This document shows, piece by piece, positions 22,751-35,462 of a DNA stretch of 64,000 nt. Origin of the DNA: Octopus vulgaris. Its lineage: Eukaryota. The notes beneath the pieces were generated by a model, which was not told where the DNA came from, searched no databases, and worked only from the letters and a program-made list of their open reading frames with translations. The stretch covers positions 88,660,001-88,724,000 of the forward strand of contig OX597817.1 in assembly GCA_951406725.2 (NCBI GenBank), given 5' to 3'. Position numbers and translations under genes: made by a program. How positions within the stretch are numbered: position 1 is the first letter of the stretch; each line of letters begins with the position of its first letter.

Positions 22751-24920
22751 TGTTGAGGAGTAAATTGTATTCCAGAAGAGTTATTGTAACCATGAAAAAT
22801 ACATAAATATACACACACGCTATTACTCTATTATTTTGTAATAGTGATGGTGGGTGGGGCAAACTGTAGTTTCTGATTTCTCACTACTTGTTTTTAGGAG
22901 TAAAAATTGGTCTGCATAGTTATTGAAGTTGAGAGTTTGGAACATATGTGACAGGTACTTTTTGTTTCAAGAAATTTTGACCCAATTGTAATTGAGGTTG
23001 CTAATAAAATATCAGGACAATTTTTTGTGTTTAACAATCAATATTCATTTCTCTATTAAGCCAATTTTTTCCTCACACTAATGTCTAATTTGATCATTTT
23101 CAGTTTTCAAAAAATGTCTAAAATGAGGTAAAATGAGTAATGACTAATTTCAGTAATTTCCTCTTTTAACAGCATAGTGCATAAATATATCGGGAAGAAA
23201 GCCACTCCAGCAGAGCATAAAGAAGTTGTAGAGAATATTTTGAGTTTTTTTATTTAGTCAAGTTTTGTTAATTTCATACCATGCACCATTTTCTCTTGAT
23301 CCACTTTCATTTGACTTAGATATTTAAAATTTTTTTGTTGCATTTCTGATCTTTCTGATGGGTAAGGATGGACATTGATGTGTGTGAGTCTGTTTTCAAA
23401 TGTAATTCTGGAGAATCAAAGAAGCAAATTTACCTTATCTTAGCTTACTCATTTTGCCCCAGCTAAATTTATCTTATAATATGCCCAGAGAACGGTGATA
23501 ATTGTCAGAAATAGTGTTCTGAATATGTTTTTGGGTGCATTTAGAGAGACTCATTTGCTTAGCTGATATAGTTTTTCTAAGGTAGTGTACATTTGTAAAA
23601 AAAATTTTTTTTCCTGAAGTCAAAAATGCAGTAATAGTGCCCCCCACCTATGTTGTTAGATGTCACTATGTACCTCAGTGATGTAGAGTATCAGCAGTCG
23701 GGTTATAGATGTGTTACGAAAGATTTTGATACTTAATGATTTATAAAAAAAGTAAAATTAACCCGACAGTTCACTGATTACAATGATTCCACCATGGTTC
23801 AATTGATTTTTAATTAATAATAAAAAAAAAAGAAAAAGAGATATACTCATATCGGTAAATGATGTTAATGAAACTTTGAAGTTTCATGATTTTCACTTAA
23901 AAATGAAGTGTTTACATTTTTCTCAGTGTTGTTATTGTCCATAAGAGTTGTAATTGTTTAGCCCCGGGTCAGTCTTAATTGAGCAGACCTATATTCAAAG
24001 GCATTGCAGTTGTGATTATTCTTTTATATATCTTTTACTGATATTAACCATTATACGGCATCCTTGCTAGGGCACTGCCTTGAAGAATTTTTAGTCTCTT
24101 ATTTCTTTAAGCCAGGTATTTATTCTATCAGTCTCTTTTACCGAATGTTACTTAGCTGTGTTGTCAAATGGTGGTGATGGTGTGTTTGGGGGTAGAAATA
24201 AAAACACTCAAATACTTTTTCGCCTACCAAATCCTCTCATAAGGCTATGGTCAGCTTAAGGTTATAGTAGAAGACACTTGCCCAAGGTGCCATGCAGTGT
24301 GATTGAACTTAGAATCCTGTGGTTGGAAAGCAAATTTCTTACTATACAGCCATGCCTGCATCTATGAAGAGAATCCGGGTCCAATTTATCTAATGTTTTC
24401 TTTCCTAAAACAGCAAGGTGTGAGTGAGATTTGGCTGTCGTGACTGAGCAACCCCATACAGCTGTCATGGGCAACATGCAGCTCTTGGAATTTTGCATGG
24501 CATGCCTAACAAAAAAATACCTAGAATTCTTTTAGTAGTGCGGCCTGACTGATGGTGAGCCATGTCTCGAAAAGAGTTGCCTCTGATGTAAAGATCCTGT
24601 CATTTACCACATCATTCAGTCTTTCTTAGACCACAAGGGTTTCCCCCATTATGCTCCTGAAAATCTTAGAGCGGATTTTTGTAATATGAAACCTATTCTC
24701 CATGTAAATGAAAGAAAAATGTGTTTCACATTACAGAATTCACTGTTGACACATGATTTTTATGAATGCAATGCTTCCATGAAATGAGAAATGCCTACAT
24801 AAAATAAGATTGATTTTAAACTTGGCCTATACAATGCCAAAGAATGAATTACACGGGGACAAACTCTATTTTGTCTTCTTGTTAATAAGGAAGGGTGGTA
24901 GCAAAAAAAGAATATATATA

Positions 24921-25135
24921 CGAGGGCTTGCTAAAAATTTCCTGGTTTTGGATAAAAGAAAATACAGGAAGATCAGTTAATTATGATTTTATTCAGCATA
25001 TTCCCCTCTCAGATTCACACACTTATTATAGCAGTCCTTCAGTTTTTCTAAGCCTAGTAAAAGAAGTCAGAAGGTTGGGGCTCCAACCAAGCCTTTCATA
25101 ATACTCTTAAAGCCTGGAACTTTTCAGTACCCCTT
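24921..25135. mobile_element. Degenerate Tc1/mariner-type MITE
   Basis: TA|CGAGGGCTTGCTAAAAATTTCC ... GGAACTTTTCAGTACCCCTT|TA, imperfect TIRs with TA flanks. Confidence 0.5.
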
Positions 25136-26924
25136 TATATATATGTGTTTAATCATTATATTCATGCTTGCAAAAGTCAGTCTTGCAGTAGATTTTCTGT
25201 GACCGGATACCTTTAATGTTGTCAATCTTGATTTGTTTCCAAACAGAATATTTTCTCATGGTCAAATATGTTTTTCATGAATGACTGAAGATTGAACAAT
25301 ACTACTTGTATAAAGGTGATGCTCGTTTACAACCATCAGTTGGTATCAAGACTAAGGTACATACAAACACACTTATATCAAGAAAGAAAAACAGGACCAA
25401 TGAGCCATGATCTCATAAAGTTGGTTTTTTTCCGATTTTGTGGCGTAGATATTCCAGCTTGGATGGGACGCCAGTCCGTTGTAGGATTGATTATTCATTA
25501 TTGCCAGCTGAGTTGACTGGAGTAATGTGAAATAAAGTGATTTCCTCAAGATCACAACACCTCACCTGGTGTAGGAATCAAAACCACTATCCTTTCAGTT
25601 TCTGATTTGGCCAGCCCTAGTTGAAGATACTAGCCCAAGGTGCCATGCCGAGAAATTGAACCCAAGACCACATGTTTGGGAAGCTTCTTAACCACACAGT
25701 CACCCCTCGGACTATTCTTTTTCCACTTTCTGACGAAAAGCCATGTTCGAAGCGTCACATCCCCTCTTTTTCCCCATCTTAAACTTTCTCTGAACACCAA
25801 CCAAATGGATTCACTGTGTACATTCTCTTGTTTTTTTAATTTTTGGTTTGCATAAATATATATATTATATCCAGGTACCCTGCCTATGTCCAGGAGTCTA
25901 CTTACCAAAACTTTCCAGTTCCCTTACTGTTGTGCTGCATGCATTCAATTAGCCAAATTCTTATTTCTAGTTCATTCTTTGATGTTGTCAGTTCACAATC
26001 GTCTTTGGCTTCCTCGTTCTTTCCCTGCACACTTATTCGGATGATTTTGGGCAGTGATGCATAGTGCAATATGTCTAAAATATAATAGCAGTGTAAACTT
26101 CATTCTCAACAATAAGTGTCAATGAACTTTCAGCTTTTCTAGTACTGCAGCAATTGCTGTCTTGTCTTTCCAGCCCATCCTGCTCAATATGCTAAAGATC
26201 AACATCTCAAAGGTTCTATTAGTGATACTTCCTCTAAACGAGATGCTAATGAGTCGCAGGATTGACTTCCCAGTTTTGCTAGAATTCATTTACAGCTGAG
26301 GGGACTGGAGTAACATGAAATGAAATGTTTTGCTCAAGAATACAATGCATCACTGTGGTCTTACTTACCATCATGTGTACAACAGCTTAAACACTTGGTC
26401 ACCTACTTTCCTTATGTAAAAAGCCTTTTCTTTTTAAACATTTTTTTGGCTTTTCGTTAAAAAGATAATTTACCATTAGTAACTGAATACCGAGTCTTTG
26501 TTATCACCTGTGCCGCATTTCTGGTATCCTATGGGCTTGGTTGGGGTGGTGGGGATCTTTCTTTCTCTACTACCTCTTCCTTTTATGATTATGACCTTCA
26601 CAAGTCAATAATCCAAACTGGAAGAGACGACCGTGGGATCTGGACCTAATACAGAAAGTGAAACTAGATGTCTTCTGCTTTCAAATCAAAGCCAATTCAA
26701 CTGTGGTCACCCGATTCTCTCTTTATTTTTTTAGTCAGTGTACCTTTAATCTTATACTTGTTATTGGACTGCAGCCATGCTGGAACACCACTTTGGAGGG
26801 TTTAATCGAATACATCTAGCTCAGTACTTTTATTTTTAAATCTGATACTTATTCTATCGGTTCTCTTGCTGGTGAACCGGTAAGTTACGGTTGTCAAGCA
26901 ATGAGAAACGACAAACACACACAA

Positions 26925-27240
26925 GCTGCCCCCTATTACAACAAGGCCCTAGTAATTAGTGGCTTCAAAAATAAATTAATATATAACCCCTCTAATAATA
27001 ATCAAAATATTAATAATAGATCTAGTGGCATCAAAGATAAAGCAGTACATATAACCACACTAGTATTAATCAGGATAAGAAACCTAAAAATAGGCCAAGG
27101 AAAATTATTTGGTTCGCTCCTCCCATTTCCCTTAATATAAGAACTAAAAGATTTCTGCCTCTCCTAGACAAACACTTCCAAATACAGGAAAATAATTTAT
27201 GGGCATTCTGTGAATGCCCATTAATTATATAGCTGTTGCT
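26925..27240 (+). mobile_element. Penelope-like retroelement fragment
   Basis: AAPYYNKALVISGFKNKLIY ... RKIIWFAPP ... FLPLLDKHF in shifting frames, resembling the PLE region between RT and GIY-YIG. Confidence 0.6.
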
Positions 27241-27402
27241 CAACATAACCTTTCATTTTTTTTAACATTCATACAATACGTATCCGTCTACAGATTATCT
27301 GAGTTGAATACTCAAGGTGGTACCCCGGCATGACCACAGTCCAATGACTGAAACTAGTAAAAGGAAAGGACATATTCGAGGGAGATTTTTATTATTTTAG
27401 AG

Positions 27403-27659
27403 CAGTAGTTCTCAACCGAGGTTCTTATTGCTTTTAGGGGTCCGTATAACACTTTGCTAAAATTTATGTATAATAAATCGCTTATACTTTACAATACACA
27501 AAATATTTAAAATTCTTTATACAGTTCTTAATATTTAATGAGAAAAATATAGTTGAGTTTTTGTAATTTTTTTTTTCTTATATATATATCGAAAGGTTAT
27601 GAGAGTCCATTTGAGTAAAATAGGATTCAAATAGGCAAAAAGTGGTTGAGAAACCCTTG
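27403..27659. mobile_element. hAT-Charlie-type MITE
   Basis: TIR CAGTAGTTCTCAACC / GGTTGAGAAACCCTTG; perfect 8-bp TSD TTTTAGAG. Confidence 0.8.
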
Positions 27660-27917
27660 TTTTAGAGGCTCACAAATGGTGTAGTAAGCAGTGTTGTTGT
27701 ACCAACCACTCAAGTTAGGCCTTCTTATTTTATCGATGCCGGAATGATTTGAACGTAAACCTCTGGCACCTAATGCAAGAGATAAAGTAAATATATTTTA
27801 TTCGAATGTGGAATGTTACGGAGGGTAACACTAAAACTTGAAACATTGCCAGGAAAGTAATTAATAAAACGTAGAGATAATTAACTAATTGCTATCAATT
27901 CTTATCATAGTCACAGC

Positions 27918-28064
27918 CAGTGCTCCGGAACTGGTATGCTGCAGTATAACCTGAATATAATTTTTTCTCTTATACTTCTAGTTATATTTTTAGTTCAGGT
28001 GTGCCGCTGAATTTTGAAAAAAGATGTAAGTGTACCGCAAGCGAAAAAAGGTTGGGGAGCACTG
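27918..28064. mobile_element. Short hAT-like MITE remnant
   Basis: TIR CAGTGCTCC / GGAGCACTG; no matching TSD seen. Confidence 0.45.
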
Positions 28065-29326
28065 AGATAGATCTAGGGTTAAACAAAAAGATGGAAATTT
28101 TGCTGCTATTTCTAGCAGGCCGTGTGTATTAAATAAAGAGGTTAACTGTGGTTAATCTGTTTTGCGTGGATTTAGGTAGGGAAAGAATGAAGGGAGTGAG
28201 AGACCTTACTCTATTCATATTTGAGTCGATCTATACATGAAATTATTTATAATGTCATTAACTTATATTGAATGGAAATTTACTGGAATTTCTTTTCTTG
28301 ACGTGGTTTTTGTAAACATAGCACAAAATCGCTCTCTCCTCCTCCTCATATATATATACACACATCCACCTCTGTGTATGTATATCTCGTTAATTCTTTA
28401 TAGTAGCAATAGTAATGCGTTGCTCGTGGTATATTTTAAACGTGTTGAATACTTTTACATACAAATGTGTGTTATCAATGATAAATGATTCTTACCGATG
28501 GCATACAATAAAACTGGTTCTGGATAAACCACTTATTAAATGTACTCTCTACATTTATTTATCATCAATGTGTGTTTAGGACGTATATTTAAATATGTAA
28601 ACCTTAAGTCCTAAAGAAAGGCTTCTTCGTCGTTTATCTGCACGACTCCAGCTATTTTGTGAAGACCAGACAGTACTGCGTGTTATATATTTCCCGAGCA
28701 GTTAGCGACCGATTATATATTTTATACAAAGTGAACTTTCGGATAAGGAACCCCATATTTCATTTGTGTACGTCACATTTACTCAAGTGGCATTCCACTG
28801 AGATTGTATTACATTAATTCAAATAGATTCAACATAACATAATATCTATATTTAAACAGCCACAAGATTCACCAAGCTGGTTCTTGTCTTGAAGAAAAAA
28901 ACAAACAAAATTTTGCCTTTTTTCCGTAGGTAAAATTAAATTTATCCAAAACGTAAAAGTTAAATTATAATAATGGTTTACTTACACAACAAACTAAACC
29001 TAAATGCAGATTTTGGTGAAAATGTTGGCTAGGTTCGAACAGCCTTCGACTTTTCCTATCCAAAAGGGTTTCTTAAACGACTATTTACATACTATTATTT
29101 AGCTTTATGCGCTTCGAAATACACTTTTCCAAAAAGGAATTCTTTCACATTCTCTCGAAAGTTTATGAATTCTAACGACACACTGAATGAAGCTACTTTT
29201 AAGCGTCACGGTTAAGATCTTCCAGAAAATTCTCAACAACGCCTCAATTTTAACACAAAACCTATCAATATATGGAATCGTAAGTTTGTCTAATTCTAGT
29301 TGGTGAGTTAAAAACCTAAGCAACAA

Positions 29327-29670
29327 GGCGCAAGCATAGCAAAAAGTTTGCTTCTCAACCACATAGCTCCGGGTTCAGCCCTACTGCGTAGTAGCTGAGG
29401 CTCCTACTATAACTTCAGACCAACCAAAGCCTTGTGAACAGAGAGTGGATTTGGTAGGTGGAAACTGAAAGAAGCTCGTCGTTTATATATGTAAGTCTTG
29501 GACCCCCACCCATAACCGGTGTTGGCGAATTTACATCCCCGTAAGTTAGCGGTTCGGCAAGAGACAAATAAGTAACAGGTTTTTAAAATAAGTTATGGGG
29601 TCGATTCGATTAACTATAATTCTTCATGGTGGTACTCCAGCATGGCCAGTCTAATGACAAGTAAAACAAT
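29327..29670 (+). mobile_element. Bipartite SINE copy
   Basis: Head and tail homologous to 955-1397. Confidence 0.7.
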
Positions 29671-31577
29671 AAACGTGCATAAAGGACACTGATTTGTTTC
29701 AAGCTCTAAAGAAAAAATTAAAAAAGTTACCGAAGGAATATGGAAAAAAAAAAGAAAGAATACCATTGAATCATATACAGAAAAAGTAAATGGCTAATTA
29801 AAACTAGAAGTACATTGTGTACAGAATAATATATAATCCAGTCGAGGTAAATACAATCTTTCAAAATGTTCAATAATCAAAGAATGACAAAAACGTGAAA
29901 ATAAAGATGGCAGCTGTCAAGGGAGATAATCAAGATCTGCTCACTTCGTCGGCAATTTTATCTCGTTTAGTATATTTCTTACAAAGTCAGAAGCCTGACA
30001 TTCTAGACAAAGGAACAATACTTAATAATGCTTTATATGCACAGAGCTAACGTTTCGGGGGAGCAGAGACGATTACACGGATTCCGATATTCAGTGAGTA
30101 CTTATTTTTCGACACTGGGAGGATGAAAGGCAAAGTCAAACTCGGCGGAATTTGAACTGTGAACGTAAAGGTCGCAAAGTATTTTACCCGGCGTGCTAAC
30201 GATTCTACGCCAAATCGCCGCCTTAAAGTCATATTTATTAATGGCATGGAAGCTATCAAACTATTTTCTCCTGGACTGCTATTTAGCTCTAGCCAGTTAG
30301 ATACATGTTCGAAGCTGTTCCATCTATGACCAATCCGTACTTTATTTCGTAGTTATACCTAGAACTATATTATCCGACGTTTTTTCAAGAGAAAATTTCT
30401 ACTATTTATAGCGACCACACTAATTTTTATTGTAGTAGGAGGCAGTAACATTGCCTCGATACGAAACCTGCATAAATATATCGTTCAAATTGACATACAC
30501 CCACACACATAATTACAGTAGTTGACGATTTTCGCAGCAGGTACTACTATTACTATGCTATTTATTAGTTCTAATAGCGAGTATAAAAAAATTATGTTAG
30601 CGGATATTCACCACATTTTAACTCGAAATCTACTCAATACCTACAAGTGCAGGGAAACCAGTGAAACGTCAACGTAATATTGGTAACAGCTGCGATACAG
30701 GACGGTAATCGAGATAACGATTACCTCCCCTTGCCGCAATGGGCGTCAACATAGCAATTGAATGATTTTTTAAATAAATACTTAATTATGTAGCATTAAG
30801 GAGTATTAATTAAGTGAATAATCACAATACCATATAACGGCTTTCTCTACACTCTACGAAATAGAACACTGTTCAGACACCCCCACAAGTAACATAGAAA
30901 ATTAAGAACGTTCAGTTTCAAACACACCTCTGTAGATACTGAAATCTTACCTGTTCCAATGAGCAGCTATTCTATTACCCTCGTACACCAGTCAAACCTC
31001 CAGCTAATGAAATTCGCAAAACTGTTTTATTTTCCTGTTGAAACAATTCCAGTTTACTTACGCCACAAATTGCCTTATGAAAATTGATTTCAATTCATCT
31101 AATCTTCAACGCTAGATCTAATTCAGGAGGGGGGGGGATATACTCCGTTGAATTGCAGTTCTAGGTACTAGGTAAATAAAAATTACTGCGGGAACAGCGA
31201 AATACGACCTCAAATTGCCATTCCTCTAAATTATTATACGGAGGAAAAAAAAAAAAAACTGGTTGTATAGCGACAAAATGTTATGAGTTATCTACCCTGG
31301 CTCAGCTGGCGCCGTCGTTACAATTGAACGGTGATCAATTGTATAATTTACCTGTGACGAATTGACGTACAAGGTTAGTTACGTTGTTTAGAATAAACTA
31401 TAAAGAAAGCGAGTGGCTAAAATAGACCTGCATTCGCGTCAAATACATGCTATTCCACTAAAACTAAAAAAGTTCTTGTTCATATCTATTTTTTACTTCA
31501 TTATCTTACAATATTCAAACCTTTTATATTTCTTTTTCCTCAAAAACACTGAAATTAAAAGTATTTCAATTGATATA

Positions 31578-31618
31578 AACTAACACACAAGACCATTTCG
31601 AAAGGTAATTATTTTATT
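31578..31618 (-). terminator. Candidate distal poly(A) site (AATAAA plus GU-rich downstream element)
   Basis: TTTATT at 31613-31618 (AATAAA on -), followed on - by GGTCTTGTGTGTTAGTTT; coincides with a change in CpG density. Confidence 0.5.
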
Positions 31619-34600
31619 AACATACAAACCGAGTGGGGAGGATGGGAAAAAAGGCCGAGTAGAAATAAAAAGAAACTTACCTCAAGAATCCTATAGCCAA
31701 TTAAATAGACGAGCATTGTGAAAGAATACACTGCATCACACTACATACAGGTACCTTGTAATACTTTTACACACTGCATGAGTGGGAAACTATCAGAAAA
31801 TACTTTTTTCTTTTAAAGTAAACTCTATCACTTTAGATTTTCTTCTCTTATCTTCACAAGATACAGCAATAACTTCTTGTATACTTTAAACAACTATAAA
31901 GCTAGCTATTATGAAGTCTTCATCCGGCTAACACTATCCAGCAGGTTGCTGTATCGACTAATTTAATGATTTCAGTGTAAACTGTGAAAGCAGGCTTGTG
32001 TGGTAGCAGCAGCAGCAAACTCTCTTTCTCATCTGTTTCCAACATGTTCTTAATAAGGATATCAGCTTTTGTAGTAGTAGTAGTGTATTAGTCATTGATC
32101 AGGGGGCCTTACCGTTTTATGAACAGTTCCAAAATGGTACCTTCAAGCCAAGGTCAGCACTGAACACCTTGATGGCACTCTGCAATTTCAACAACGTTGA
32201 GGTTAATAAATCTCTAGTTCAACACCATGCCAATTTATGCCAAAACAAAGAACAGGATTCTTGAAAATGTTATTATCAGTAAACATTTAGCTAGAAAAGT
32301 CTCAGATAGTTTAACATCAGACCAAGTGTGGTGAGCTACTTTGAGAAACAGATAATGGCAAAAATGGCAAAATGATTCTCATTATTACTTACCACATTTT
32401 ACTGAAATTTTCCTCAAACGTTAACAAATACTAAGAAATGATTCAATAATTTGGGGGCTGTCAAATGAATTTATAACTGAAATTGTGTAAAGTACATTTA
32501 GCAGCAACATTTTCTTCTGGAAATATCTTGTAGCAATAATGAAATGCAGATTTGCAAGCAGACTAATTATTTTCTTGCTAAATTACCATTGTGGAGATAA
32601 TTAAAGTCAGCAGCTTTCCAAAAATAACATAGGTCTACAGAAGAATCTTGTAAATTATTGATGAGTAAAAAATGCTAATCATTCTCTTGATCTAATTTTC
32701 ATTGGAGGAACAATACAATGTACTACAACAGATATTTTTAGCAAACAAAAGTCTGTCACTTTTTTTTAATGACATTTTAGAGATTCAATAGAAGTGAATG
32801 CCTCATTTTGTACATTAGTATAGTTCAGGCCTGTGGGTAGTCAATTTAATTCAAATATTTCATTGTGGTAGGAAACAAAAGAAACACCATCACTGTTAAA
32901 GATTTAATTTCAGTCAAAGAATAAGAGCTTGAAAAATTAAGACTCCCCACTCCTCAATAATCAACATTTTATGAACTCTTCTTATATAAGGCCATAGGAT
33001 AGATGTCCAATCTAAGCATACAAACAATGCATTATAAAAATGTATGTATAAAAAGCTCCATTAATGTTAACAGAAAATCTCAGCAAGTGAGACAGCTCAT
33101 AGGAATGGTGATTCTTTAAAGATATGATGGAATGAGGTCCAGTTAAATATAATGTAATAGTTTTGATAATTCCAAAACCTGAAGATGCCAACTATAAGTA
33201 TCCCAAAGCAAATCTATAAAATAAATCTAATCATCATTGTCATCATCCAGGGCTGGTCATCTTTGTATAAACAGCTGGTGTATCAAAACAATTAAGTTAT
33301 GCACATTTTGAGACTGGAGATACAACATACAATGTCTTGGATATTCTGTTGTCATTTTACTAAAACAAGAAAAGATTTCTGCTTCATGTATCGCACCAAA
33401 ACTATATTTCAAACACAAAGTATTACAGAACAACAATCTATCTACATAGAACGTCGATCATCTGCAGTAAAACATTAAGAAAAAAAGGAAGAGGGCAACA
33501 AAAGCATTAAAAACTAAAGAAAACAAAACATATGCTTAAAGAAGTAAAATAAAAACAAAAAGACACAAAATGAAAAGCATAACATGCATTTTCAACAATA
33601 ATTTTGGCTGAAGTTAATGAAATTCTCAGAAATAATTTACTTACCATCTTTGTATAGGTGTCAGCACCTATACAGCATTGATTAGTTACACACAGAGAAA
33701 CAGTACTGAATTGAAGAGATGCTAGCTATGATGACATGCAATGAAACACAATTTAACTGATAGTTTAGAACCTCAACCACCTTCTCAAACAATATCTTAG
33801 TCTAAAACCTTATTGGAACTGTAATAGTACAGTAACTACTTACTCACATAGGTTTTAAATTTTGGCACAAGGCCAACAATTTCAGGGAAAGGGGTAATTT
33901 GATTACAGTGATCCCAGTGCTCAAATGATACTCATTTTATCGACCCCAAAATGATGAAAGCAAAGTCAACCTTGATGGAATTTGAACTCAGAATGTAAAA
34001 ATTGATGAAACGCTGCTAAGCCTTGGTATGCTAAACGATTCTGCCAGCTTGCTGCCCTTAAACTACTGCTCATATAGTGCACACTAAGTAGTTAATATGT
34101 CAATAAATTTATCACAAAATGCTTGGAACTATATTTTACATATTTCAGTCTTGATTTGAGCAGATGGAAATATTACAAAAATCGTTTTTGTTTTTCATTG
34201 TTGAAAATAAAATAATTATGATGACTAACTCATGACAGTTTAACAATTTCAGTTACTGCACTAAATATTCTTTTCAAAAGAATGTTGACAATAGAAAATA
34301 CAATTTTTAAAATGTGAAAGGTAATCTTTTTCATATGTATATCCCTGAAACTTCAATCATAATTTAATATTCTAAACAACAGATTAATAACAAAGAGTTT
34401 ATTTTCTGAGATCCCTCCAAATTATTGATTATTAATTAAAGCAATTAGGCAGTGTTTCATCAGTGATATGGTTACAGTAAGTTAAGGCATCATGTTGAAT
34501 AGTATAACCAATTTATAACAGAAGGGTTAGGAGTTCCTTCAGCCATATAATCTCTCAAATTATGAATGAGGAAAGTAGCCCATATGTGGTCACCATAATT

Positions 34601-35404
34601 TCTAGAAATAACAGCCAAATCTTTCCTCATAATCATATCCCAACCATTTTAAAATAAGAGCATTGGATAATGTTTTACATGGTATCTGGAAACAAAAATA
34701 TAAGGGTTATCAGTGCAGAGATATGTTAGAATAGGGCTAGCCCTGGACTATACAACACCGGATAAATTTTGATCAGTTCTTGTTACTAAAATACCAATTG
34801 TCACCAGAATATATGTTAATTTAAGATCAGAAGTCCTATCCATTTATCAAAATTACTACAACTATATTGTGAGCTCTACAAATTGTAGTGATGGAAGTTC
34901 TAAATATTCTATCTGATTGTTTAAAGTAAATAGCCAGCCACAAATATATCTAATAAACTCTTAATAAATAATCTTTAAAATAGAAACAACAGTAACTAAG
35001 TTTTACATAAAAGCATGCTGTCATGATCACAGCCAACCCACTGAAGTTGGATTCTGACCAACATGCTGGATATCACAATGTGCACATTTAGAGGGGCTGA
35101 GTGTGGGAATCAGTTTCAAAACATTTGTAGGTTCATTATAATTAATTAGAAGATACTTAATATTATCATTACCAACAACTTTTTTCAAAATAAATATTAT
35201 GAAAGACAAGTCTTCGTTCTCTATATTATTTTGGCTGACTTGCAGTAAGAAAGGCCAGAATGATCTCTGGTCCTGATTTATGATGAATAAATAAAAATAT
35301 ACAGTGAAAAGTCTTCACTCATGAGGTAGCTGGAAAAATAAACTAAGCTTTTGTTATATATATATAATTGCTTGCTTTATCTACTATTTTTTTTGTTTTT
35401 CTTC

Positions 35405-35406
<2 letters not shown>

Positions 35407-35458
<52 letters not shown>
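35407..35458. repeat. (AT)n microsatellite
   Basis: About 25 uninterrupted AT units. Confidence 0.95.

Positions 35459-35462
<4 letters not shown>

Noticed and set aside
25843-26230. Possible - strand exon with GTAAGT donor near 25906
   Set aside because: Sequence resembles a decayed RTE C-terminus (SLPKII...GKR) with stops and frameshifts.
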